NCBI RefSeq assembly: GCF_001458695.1
Contig: NZ_LN885086.1
Span: forward strand, 120,001-152,000
Origin: Candidatus Nitrospira inopinata
Lineage (GTDB): Bacteria > Nitrospirota > Nitrospiria > Nitrospirales > Nitrospiraceae
Direction of reading: 5' to 3'
Length of the DNA: 32,000 bases
A model generated the notes under the pieces. That model was given only the letters and a program-made list of their open reading frames with translations. It was not told the origin of the DNA and ran no database searches. Position 1 is the stretch's first letter, and each line of letters opens with the position of its first letter. A program made the translations under genes and the position numbers. Positions 23,971 to 32,000 of the stretch are shown piece after piece.

Positions 23971-25605
23971 TCAGGCGCTTTTGAAACGAGAGATCTTGGC
24001 GAACAGAATCGCGGCAAGCGGGAGGGCCAATCCCAAAAGCAGTTGCGCGACCAAGAGATGGCCAAGCCGGCTGTAGTCGGCTGGCACTTGAATCCCCCCG
24101 GTCGTTGCGTCTCTCACTTCGCGGGTCACGACGAAGATCTCGTTGAGATACTTGGTGCCGAGTTGGCTCAACGAGAGGGCCAGGTTGGTAAACGACGCCA
24201 TGACCGCAAAAAATGTCGCCTTGAGATTGGCCGGCGCGGAGTTGGCGATCCAGGTCAACATGGGGATCATCGAAATTTGCCCCAAGGGCGACTCCAGCGC
24301 CGTGTCGATGATCGCGATGAACCGCGCATCGACGACCCCGCCGGTCATGCGCGCCGTCCATTCGTGCAGGCCGTAGTACATGCTGACGACAGGGAGACTC
24401 AAGACCGACCCCACGATCGTCAAAAATCCCACCACATAGGCGATCGACCGTTCAGCCATGAACCGCCGAAAGACGAACATGCCGACCAGCGCCAACGTGT
24501 TGCCGATCAACGACAGCACGGAGAGAAACTGCTGATCGAACCGCAGGTGATCGATCATCCACCAGGTCGTGCCGGGACCGGTTCCGGGGATGGCGCGAAA
24601 CACGAACACCACCACGGCCGTTCCGACCAAGGTCATCCTCTTGTCCGGCTCCAATTCCTTGACCAACCTCCCCATGAGAAACAGCACGATCCCCATGGAA
24701 CCGGCAAAGACGATCTCTTCCCGATAGGGAAGGCTGCTCATGCCGACCGTGACCGTGAACAAAACGAACAAGAGGCTCCCCGCCAAGATCCACCAGTTGG
24801 GCTTGGTCGCTTCTTCCGCCCGCTCCCTCACCTCGACCATCCGCTCCGCCTGTTCGACGGTAAATCCCTGTCGGATAAGTTGCTCGCGGTGACGCCGTCG
24901 GATCACCCACGCCGCCGCCAACCCCAAGACCGAGATGAACGGGATGACCAGCGCCGACAGATAAACCCGCTGATAAATCGTGACGAGCGCCTCTTGCGGC
25001 AAGCCTTCCGTGCCGCTGAAGATGGAAACATTGACCAGCGCCACGATGATCCCGCCGCCCACGATCGCCACGCGGCCGAGCGTCTGCATCGTGGTGTGCA
25101 TGAGTTTGCGCTCTTCCTCAGAGAATGGCAGGCCCCGCTCGTTCACGCGGGGGACGGCCTCCACCGTCATGGCGTCCGCCACCGCGTCCTGAATGACGTA
25201 GCCGATCGGCGCGAGCAACACGCTGATGACGAACCAGACCTCAGCCGGCAGGATGGCCGTCATCGCGTCCCGCTGGCCGATCAACGCCGCCATAATGCTC
25301 AAACTGGCCGCAAGCAGACAGGCGCCCAGACCGACCAACCAGCCCTTCCATCGCCACAGCAGATCCACCGTGTGACCGATCGGCATTTTGAGCGCCCAGG
25401 GGATCCCGGCCCAAAACCCAAGCGCGGCCAGGAACGAGGCGGAGAGACCGAGGTAGTCCTTGACGAAAAACGTGCCGACGATGCCGGTGAGGCCGGAAAT
25501 CCCGTAGGCCATATAGACCATCAGCGGCGGAAGATACGAGAACCGCATCTCCCGACCGAGTGACAGGATGTTCCGATCAATCCATTGAAACAGGCCGGTG
25601 TTCAC
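23971..25605 (-). CDS. BT1-family (folate/biopterin transporter-like) MFS membrane protein
   Basis: 544-aa polytopic ORF. The N-terminal LPPLMVYMAYGISGL...FVKDYLGLS and overall layout resemble the BT1 family. The track start is a GTG at 25605, so the start is uncertain. Confidence 0.7.
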   Translation of the reverse strand: MNTGLFQWIDRNILSLGREMRFSYLPPLMVYMAYGISGLTGIVGTFFVKDYLGLSASFLAALGFWAGIPWALKMPIGHTVDLLWRWKGWLVGLGACLLAASLSIMAALIGQRDAMTAILPAEVWFVISVLLAPIGYVIQDAVADAMTVEAVPRVNERGLPFSEEERKLMHTTMQTLGRVAIVGGGIIVALVNVSIFSGTEGLPQEALVTIYQRVYLSALVIPFISVLGLAAAWVIRRRHREQLIRQGFTVEQAERMVEVRERAEEATKPNWWILAGSLLFVLFTVTVGMSSLPYREEIVFAGSMGIVLFLMGRLVKELEPDKRMTLVGTAVVVFVFRAIPGTGPGTTWWMIDHLRFDQQFLSVLSLIGNTLALVGMFVFRRFMAERSIAYVVGFLTIVGSVLSLPVVSMYYGLHEWTARMTGGVVDARFIAIIDTALESPLGQISMIPMLTWIANSAPANLKATFFAVMASFTNLALSLSQLGTKYLNEIFVVTREVRDATTGGIQVPADYSRLGHLLVAQLLLGLALPLAAILFAKISRFKSA

Positions 25606-25656
25606 CGAACGGCATCGCTTTCTGAACGGTCCTGGGGAGGAACGGACATCGTCGAA

Positions 25657-26388
25657 TCACATGACGACGCCGCCGCCGACTTGAATCGTCTGTCCGGTCA
25701 GCCAGCGGGCCCGCTCGCTCACGAGAAACGCCACCACGTCGGCAATGTCTTGCGGAAGGCCGAGCCGCTTGAGCGGCGAGAGTTCAATGCCCATCTGCCG
25801 GTAGGACTCGGTCATCATGCCGGTTTCGGTAAAGCCGGGCGAGACCGTATTGACCGTGATGCCGCGCGGCGCCAGTTCATGAGCCAATCCCTTCGTGTAT
25901 TGCTCCAACGCGGCCTTGCTCCCCAGATACGCCGTCGCTCCGGGAAAACTCATGCGGGTGGCGCAGGTCGAAATATTGATGATACGTCCTCCGTCTTTCA
26001 GCGCCTGCGCCGCCTCCTGCATGGCGAAGTACGGCCCCTTGGCGTGCAGCGCCATCAGCAGATCGAATTCCTCTTCAGTGGTTTCGGCCATCGGCTTCGG
26101 CACGAACTTCCCGGCGTTGTTGACCAGAATGTCCAACCGGCCGAACTGCGCGACCGTCTCGCGCACCAGCCGCCTCGCCTCGGAGACTCGGCTCATGTCC
26201 GCTTGGAAAGCCAAGGCCTTGCCTCCTTTGGCCTGAATGCCGATCACCACCTGCTGCGCCTTCTCGGGACTTTTGGAATGATTGACGACGACAAGGGCTC
26301 CGTCTTCGGCAAACCGCTCCGCGATCGCTCGCCCGATGCCGCTGGAGGCTCCCGTCACGATCGCCACTTTGCCGGTGAGTAACGCCAT
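25657..26388 (-). CDS. Short-chain dehydrogenase/reductase (FabG-like)
   Basis: GKVAIVTGASSGIGRAIA (TGxxxGIG), NNAG, and the YxxxK region (AYLGSKAAL). Confidence 0.9.
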   Translation of the reverse strand: MALLTGKVAIVTGASSGIGRAIAERFAEDGALVVVNHSKSPEKAQQVVIGIQAKGGKALAFQADMSRVSEARRLVRETVAQFGRLDILVNNAGKFVPKPMAETTEEEFDLLMALHAKGPYFAMQEAAQALKDGGRIINISTCATRMSFPGATAYLGSKAALEQYTKGLAHELAPRGITVNTVSPGFTETGMMTESYRQMGIELSPLKRLGLPQDIADVVAFLVSERARWLTGQTIQVGGGVVM

Positions 26389-26444
26389 CTGCCCGTTCCT
26401 TTCTGTTAGAGAGCCGCCCGCTCACATCCTGTCTCTCAGCGACG

Positions 26445-27134
26445 TCAGGTCTTCTTGCGCCCCGTTGTGCTCCGATCCCCTTTCGCCCGATCAACGGCGC
26501 GCCAGAGATACCACGCCGCGACCGTGCGGTGAGGTTTCCATCGTTCGCCGTGTCGCCCCACGCGCTTGGGCGCCGGCATCGTTCGGAGACCGTAGGCGAT
26601 GCGGAACCCATTCCGCACGCCGAAGTCGGTGACCGGCAAAATATCGGGGCGACCCAAATGAAAAATCAAGAGCATTTCGACCGTCCACCGGCCGATTCCC
26701 CGCACCGTCGTGAGCCGCTCGACGATCGCCTCGTCGTCCATGCGCGCGAGAGCCCGTTTTGTGGGCACCGTCCCGTCCAACGTCTTCTCGGCCAGATCGC
26801 GCAACGCCGCGATTTTCGCGCTCGAAAAACCCGCGTCTCTGAGCGGTCCTTCCGGCATCGACAGCACCTGCTCGGGCCCCGGAAACCCTCGCCCCCGGCA
26901 GAGCGCGATGAAGCGCCGGAGGATGCTCTCCGCCGCCTGCGCATGGAGTTGTTGGTAGGCGATCGCGCGGACCAATGATTCAAAGAGCGGCCGACGGGGT
27001 TGGGGCGTCAGCGTGCAGGGACCGACGTCGCGGATCAATCGACCCATCACCGGATCGACACGAGCAAGGTATTCTTCGGCCGAGCGGTGTTCTCCCATTG
27101 CCGTCAAACCAGCAACGAGGAGGGCGTTCCCCAT
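26445..27134 (-). CDS. alkA: DNA-3-methyladenine glycosylase II-like HhH-GPD protein
   Basis: LTTVRGIGRWTVEMLLIFHLGRPDILPVTDFGVRNG is the HhH-GPD motif with the catalytic Asp. The start is either 27134 or 27098; the former overlaps the upstream gene by 31 nt. Confidence 0.8.
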   Translation of the reverse strand: MGNALLVAGLTAMGEHRSAEEYLARVDPVMGRLIRDVGPCTLTPQPRRPLFESLVRAIAYQQLHAQAAESILRRFIALCRGRGFPGPEQVLSMPEGPLRDAGFSSAKIAALRDLAEKTLDGTVPTKRALARMDDEAIVERLTTVRGIGRWTVEMLLIFHLGRPDILPVTDFGVRNGFRIAYGLRTMPAPKRVGRHGERWKPHRTVAAWYLWRAVDRAKGDRSTTGRKKT

Positions 27135-27706
27135 TCTCCAGAAAAGACGAACGATGACGCCGGATGTCGGCGGCGGGGAGCGACTTCGCGTTCGTGAAGC
27201 GTGCCGGACAGGAGACTCGGATCACCGGGATACCCGATGGCGATCATGGCGACCGGCTCATACTCGGATGGAATTTTCAGGTCCTTGCGCGCCTGTTCGG
27301 CATCGAAGCCCGCCATTTGATGGACGATCAGGCCCAACGCCGTCGCCTGAATCGCCAGATTCTGGACCGCCATGCCGGTGTCGTGCATCGCATGTCGGTT
27401 CGGCGCGCCGGTTTTCCCGAAATAGAGACTCGCCACGGACAGAACCAGGACGGGAGCGCGAAACGCCCACGCCCGATTGCCTTCCACCAGGCAGGCAAAC
27501 AGACGGTTCCATTGCGTTTCATCGGCCTTCTTCGCCACAATGAACCGCCACGGCTGTTCGTTATTCGAGGACGGGGCCCAACGGGCCGCCTCGAACAGAC
27601 TTTGGAGTTTTTCTGGTTCAATCGGCCGTTCCGCAAAGGCGCGGGGGCTCCAGCGACGGGCCAGTAACTCATGGATCGGAGAGTCCGTCGGCGCAGGTTT
27701 TTCCAT
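27104..27706 (-). CDS. Nitroreductase-family protein
   Basis: ATG at 27706 (MEKPAPTDSPIHELLARRWSPRAF...APSSNNEQPWRF), the classic nitroreductase N-terminal signature. Confidence 0.85.
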   Translation of the reverse strand: MEKPAPTDSPIHELLARRWSPRAFAERPIEPEKLQSLFEAARWAPSSNNEQPWRFIVAKKADETQWNRLFACLVEGNRAWAFRAPVLVLSVASLYFGKTGAPNRHAMHDTGMAVQNLAIQATALGLIVHQMAGFDAEQARKDLKIPSEYEPVAMIAIGYPGDPSLLSGTLHEREVAPRRRHPASSFVFSGEWGTPSSLLV

Positions 27707-27714
27707 CTCAGATC

Positions 27715-29133
27715 CTATCCTTTTTTGATCCCACCATCCCCAGCCTCCACCGATTCCGGAGACCATCCTCCGCCCAACGCCTTATACAACTGCACGATCG
27801 ACGCCAGGTGCAACCGTCTTGTCGCGATCAGCCCCAATTCCGCTTCGAAGAGATTTCGGCGCGCGACGAGGACGTCCAGATAATTGGCCAGCCCGCCCTT
27901 GTATCGCAATTCGGCCAACTTCAACGAGGATTGCAGCGCCGCTACTTGCTGTTGCTGCGCTTCGTTCTGCGCCCGAGCCGTACCGACCGCCGCGAGCGAA
28001 TCCTCCACTTCTCGAAAAGCCGTCAGCACCGCCTGTTCGTATTGAGCGGCGGCCTGTCTCGCCTGCGCCTCGACGGCCTCTTGCTGAAACCCCAGCACTT
28101 GGGCGTTCAGCAACGGACCGGCGATCCCCGCGCCGGCCACGCCGAAGAGAGCCGGATCGGTAAACAGCAGCGACAGTTCGGGGTGCGCCACGCCCAACAG
28201 ACCCGTCAACGTGATCTTGGGAAACCGTTCCGCCTGGGCCACGCCGATGCGGGCGGTGGCCGCCGCCAGTTGTTGTTCGGCGGCCAACAGATCGGGGCGC
28301 CGCTGCAACAGCTCGGAGGGCAGGCCGGCGGGAACCGCCGGGGGGACCAGTTGATCGCGCAATCCCTTTCCACGCGGAATCGCGGACGGCTTGCGCCCCA
28401 CCAACACGCTTAAGTGATTTTCCGTCTGCGCCACCTGCCGTTCCAATTCGGCGATACGCGCCTCCGCGTTGGCTCGCTCGGATTCGAATTGATCCAGATC
28501 CAATCGGGAGCTCAAGCCCTGGTTGAGGCGCGCCCGCGCGATGCGGACCGACTCTTCCCACGACTGCAGGGTCCGTTTCGCGATGTCGAGTTGGGCGTCA
28601 AGCTGAAGGAGCGTAAAGTACGCTTCTCCCACGGCGCTGACGAGCTGAATCGCCACCGCGCGGCGATTTTCCTCTTTGGCGAGCAGGTCGGCGCGAGCCG
28701 CTTCGTTGGATCGTCTGACTCGACCCCACAGATCGACCTCCCACGCCAGATTGCCCAACAGATAATAGTTAAAAGGACTGGCGAACCCCGGGAACAGGAA
28801 GTCTGCCTTGCGACCCGCCGGCAGACTGGCCGAGACCGTTACGCCCGGCATAAAGTCCGATCGGGCGATCAACGCTCGGGCGCGAAACTCATCGACGGCG
28901 GCGACGGCCCGCTGAAGATCCCTGTTTTCCGCCAGCGCCATTCGAATCAGAGCCTGCAACTGCTCATCCTGCAACAGATCCCACCAGGCCACGTTGGCCA
29001 AGGACGGCAGGTCCGCCGATCCCTCGGCCATGCGGAAGCGATCGTCCCCCTCCGTTTTAGGACGAGAATAGGTCGGTCCCAGAGAGCAGGAGGCGACCGC
29101 CAACGAGAGCACAATGGTCAGGATCGTCCGCAC
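27715..29133 (-). CDS. RND efflux outer-membrane factor lipoprotein (NodT family)
   Basis: Lipobox LAVASC, then GPTYSRP... and two TolC-like repeats. The GTG start lies 2 nt after the RND pump stop. Confidence 0.9.
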   Translation of the reverse strand: MRTILTIVLSLAVASCSLGPTYSRPKTEGDDRFRMAEGSADLPSLANVAWWDLLQDEQLQALIRMALAENRDLQRAVAAVDEFRARALIARSDFMPGVTVSASLPAGRKADFLFPGFASPFNYYLLGNLAWEVDLWGRVRRSNEAARADLLAKEENRRAVAIQLVSAVGEAYFTLLQLDAQLDIAKRTLQSWEESVRIARARLNQGLSSRLDLDQFESERANAEARIAELERQVAQTENHLSVLVGRKPSAIPRGKGLRDQLVPPAVPAGLPSELLQRRPDLLAAEQQLAAATARIGVAQAERFPKITLTGLLGVAHPELSLLFTDPALFGVAGAGIAGPLLNAQVLGFQQEAVEAQARQAAAQYEQAVLTAFREVEDSLAAVGTARAQNEAQQQQVAALQSSLKLAELRYKGGLANYLDVLVARRNLFEAELGLIATRRLHLASIVQLYKALGGGWSPESVEAGDGGIKKG

Positions 29134-29135
29134 GG

Positions 29136-32000
29136 CTACGATGTCCGTTCCGCCGACAGTGACGGCGCCGATTGAGGGCGCCGTCCGCTCAGCTTCTTGA
29201 GCAACACGTAAAACAGCGGTACGAAAAAGATCGCCAAGAACGTGGCGGACAACATGCCGCCGAGCACGCCGGTGCCGATCGATTGGCGACTGGCAGCCCC
29301 CGCTCCCTTGGCGATCACCAGCGGGAACATGCCGAAGATAAACGCCATCGAGGTCATGATGATCGGCCGGAACCGGAGACGGGCCCCCTCGATCGCCGCT
29401 TCGATCAAGGGTCGCCCCGCTTCATATCTCGTATTGGCGAACTCGACGATCAGAATCGCGTTTTTCGCCGAGAGCCCGATCAGCGTCACCAGACCGATTT
29501 GAAAGTAAATGTCGTTCTCGAATCCTCGCAGCCACACCGCCGTCAGCGCGCCGAAGACGGCGAACGGCACCGCCAAAATGACCGCGAAGGGCACGACCCA
29601 GCTCTCGAACTGCGCCGCCAACACCAGGAAGACCATCAGCAATCCGATCGCGAACACCTGCCCCGACTGTCCCCCGGCCCGCCGCTCCTGGAACGAAATA
29701 TTGCTCCAATCGATGGCGTAACCCTGTGGAACCAACACCTCCTTGGCGACCCGATCCAAGGCGTCGAGCGCCTGACCCGAGCTGTAGCCAGGCGCGGCGG
29801 CTCCCAGCACCAACGCGGTATTGTAACCGTTAAAGTGGTTGACCGGGTCCGGTCCACTCTGAAATTCGGTCGTGACGACCGTATCGAGCGGAACCATATA
29901 GGTACCCCGCGCGTTGCGCGCCCGCACATAAACTTTCGACAAGTCCTGGGGCGTCGACCGGTATTCCTCATCCGCTTCCGTCTGGACGTGATAGACGCGG
30001 CCGAATTTGACGAAGTCGTTGATGTAGAACGTGCCGAAGTACGCTTGCAACGTGTCGAAAATATCGGAGATGGGGATGCCCAACGCCTTCGCCCGCTCGC
30101 GATTCACATGGGCGAAGAGCCGCGGAGACGACACCCGAAAATTGGTTCCGATTCGTCCGATTGCCGGCTCTTGCTGCGCCCGCTCCACGAACTGTTGCGC
30201 CACGGCGGCGAACTGCTTGAAGTCGCCCCCGGTCGGGTCCTGCAATTGAGCCGAGAACCCTCCGACCACGCCCACGCCGCGAATCGGGGGCGGATTGAAG
30301 GCCAGGAGCAACGCCTCGGGGATCTTCGCGAACTCGCCATAGGCCGCCCCCACCATCGCCTTGGCGTGATACTGAGGCTCGGGCCGTTCATCCCACAGCA
30401 CCAGCGGCACGAACATGGTCGCCGCGTTGGGCCCCCTGGTGCCGAACACGAAGTTCTGGCCCGACAGCGCGTCCGTCGAATGGACGGCTGGAATCGCCTG
30501 GAAGAACCGTTCGACCCGCTCAAGCACCGCGTCGGTGCGTTGCTTGGACGCGCCGTCCGGCAATTGCGCCACCACGATAAAGTACCCTTGATCTTCCTCC
30601 GGCAGGAAACTTTGCGGAAGCCGCTCAAACAGTCCGACGGACAGAGTCACAAGCCCGCCGAACGTCAACATCACCAACACCGGCCTCGCCACCAACTTGC
30701 CGACCGACCAGGCGTATCCCTGTTGCGCCCGGCCGAAGACGCGATCGAAGAAGCGCCAAAACCAACTCCGCTCTCCAGGGTGGTGAGTCAGAACCACCGC
30801 GCACAGGGCCGGGCTCAACGTCAAGGCCACGAACCCCGAGACCGTCACCGAGATGGCGATCGTCGCCGCGAACTCCTTGTACAGCGCCCCGGTCACTCCG
30901 CCGATAAAGCCGACGGGCACAAAGACGGAAACGAGCACCAGCACGATGGAGATGATCGGCGTGGTCACTTCGGTCATGGCCCGCTTGGCCGCTTCTTTGG
31001 GCGACAGCCGATCCTCCCGCATGTGGCGCTCGACGTTCTCCACGACCACGATCGCGTCATCGACGACGATCCCGATGGCCAAGACCATGCCGAACAGCGT
31101 GATGGTGTTGATGGAAAAGCCCAGGGCGGCCAACCCGATGAATGTCCCGATCAACGAAACCGGCACGGCCAGGATGGGAATAACCGTGGCGCGCCAACTC
31201 TGGAGAAACAGATACACGACGAGAACGACGAGCATCATCGCCTCGCCCAGCGTCTTGACCACTTCCTTGATGGAAATCTCGATAAACCTGGTCGTGTCGT
31301 AGGGAACGTCGTAGGACATGCCGGGAGGAAAATGTTTGGCCAGCTCGTCCATCTGCTCGCGCGTGCGACGCACCGTATCGAGCGCGTTCGCCCCCGGCGC
31401 AAGGAACGTCAAGATGAACGTGGTGGGTTTGCTGTTCCAACGACCCTCCAGCGAGTAGGACTGCGCTCCCAACTCGACTCGAGCCACGTCCTTGAGCCGG
31501 ACGAGCGAGCCGTCCGGCAGCGCCCGCACGATCAGCTCCTCGAATTCTTTGACGTCCGTGAGCCGTCCCTTGGTGATGATGGGAATCGTCAGTTCCGTTC
31601 CCTTCGGAGCCGGCTCGCGCCCGATCGTTCCCGCCGGATAGTCCCGATTCTGTTCGCGGATCGTGTTGATGATGTCGCTCGGCGTGAGGTCAAGCCGCGC
31701 CATGAGGATCGGATTCAGGATGATCCGCATGCTGTATTGCTGCTGGCCGAACACCAGCGCGTCGCCGACGCCTTTGACCCGTTTCAAATCGTCGACGAGT
31801 CGCAGCGTCGCGTAGTTGGAAAGATACACGGCGTCGTGCGTCGGATCGGTGGACTTGAGCGCGATGACGATCACCAGGTCCGGAGACAGTTTTTTGACCG
31901 AGATGCCCTGCCGGACCACTTCGGGCGGAAGCTGCGGCTCGGCCAGCTTCTGCCGATTTTGCGTCTGCACCTGCGCCATGTCAGGATCCGTCCCGATCTC
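29136..32000 (-). CDS. RND multidrug efflux permease (AcrB/HAE1 family), 5' end outside the window
   Basis: The frame is open to the window edge (EIGTDPDMAQVQTQNRQKLAEPQLPPEV, compare AcrB GTDADIAQVQVQNKL). Twelve-TM RND layout. About 100 N-terminal codons are missing. Confidence 0.9.
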   Translation of the reverse strand, partial: EIGTDPDMAQVQTQNRQKLAEPQLPPEVVRQGISVKKLSPDLVIVIALKSTDPTHDAVYLSNYATLRLVDDLKRVKGVGDALVFGQQQYSMRIILNPILMARLDLTPSDIINTIREQNRDYPAGTIGREPAPKGTELTIPIITKGRLTDVKEFEELIVRALPDGSLVRLKDVARVELGAQSYSLEGRWNSKPTTFILTFLAPGANALDTVRRTREQMDELAKHFPPGMSYDVPYDTTRFIEISIKEVVKTLGEAMMLVVLVVYLFLQSWRATVIPILAVPVSLIGTFIGLAALGFSINTITLFGMVLAIGIVVDDAIVVVENVERHMREDRLSPKEAAKRAMTEVTTPIISIVLVLVSVFVPVGFIGGVTGALYKEFAATIAISVTVSGFVALTLSPALCAVVLTHHPGERSWFWRFFDRVFGRAQQGYAWSVGKLVARPVLVMLTFGGLVTLSVGLFERLPQSFLPEEDQGYFIVVAQLPDGASKQRTDAVLERVERFFQAIPAVHSTDALSGQNFVFGTRGPNAATMFVPLVLWDERPEPQYHAKAMVGAAYGEFAKIPEALLLAFNPPPIRGVGVVGGFSAQLQDPTGGDFKQFAAVAQQFVERAQQEPAIGRIGTNFRVSSPRLFAHVNRERAKALGIPISDIFDTLQAYFGTFYINDFVKFGRVYHVQTEADEEYRSTPQDLSKVYVRARNARGTYMVPLDTVVTTEFQSGPDPVNHFNGYNTALVLGAAAPGYSSGQALDALDRVAKEVLVPQGYAIDWSNISFQERRAGGQSGQVFAIGLLMVFLVLAAQFESWVVPFAVILAVPFAVFGALTAVWLRGFENDIYFQIGLVTLIGLSAKNAILIVEFANTRYEAGRPLIEAAIEGARLRFRPIIMTSMAFIFGMFPLVIAKGAGAASRQSIGTGVLGGMLSATFLAIFFVPLFYVLLKKLSGRRPQSAPSLSAERTS

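Noticed and set aside
23377-25563. 728-aa plus-strand ORF
   Set aside because: It runs through the tmRNA gene and antisense to the BT1 transporter. Its composition (Arg/His/Asp/Pro/Gln-rich) is not protein-like.
25585-26382. 265-aa plus-strand ORF
   Set aside because: It is antisense to the SDR gene, which has the canonical TGxxxGIG and YxxxK motifs.

Overview
High-GC bacterial chromosomal window with about 30 supportable genes. The richness in HEAT-repeat proteins is reminiscent of Nitrospirota-type genomes, but that is only a guess.

- **1-2.5 kb:** three exported proteins (one DUF1566-like, two LPP20-like).
- **2.6-11.2 kb:** dominated by five paralogous PBS-lyase-type HEAT-repeat genes in two tightly coupled plus-strand operons. 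Both operons are preceded by the same promoter-like 30-mer. An alkaline-phosphatase-superfamily enzyme, a DCC-type thiol oxidoreductase and a convergent beta-propeller gene are interleaved.
- **11.2-14.3 kb:** ugd and a fused membrane/spermidine-synthase-like gene.
- **14.4-23.8 kb:** the accessory-looking part.
  - An RNase-H-fold-like ORF lies convergent with a stand-alone giant SIR2-domain gene of 1192 aa. A further 77 codons are displaced by a one-base frameshift in an AAA run. The gene has the architecture of single-gene defence sirtuins.
  - Next come an RRM RNA-binding protein with a clean terminator and a poorly coding basic-ORF stretch.
  - Last is a visibly more AT-rich cassette holding a DUF4236-like gene and a toxin-first RelE/ParE plus Phd/YefM pair. 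It is bracketed by two about 97 percent identical 252-bp direct repeats and abuts the 3' end of the tmRNA gene (ssrA, complement 23471..23820).
  - No integrase, transposase, CRISPR array, tRNA or rRNA was seen.
- **24-32 kb:** ordinary minus-strand housekeeping genes: BT1/MFS transporter, SDR, AlkA-like glycosylase, nitroreductase, and an outer-membrane factor plus a 5'-truncated RND pump.

Many long ORFs in the supplied track are antisense shadow ORFs typical of GC-rich DNA and were rejected.
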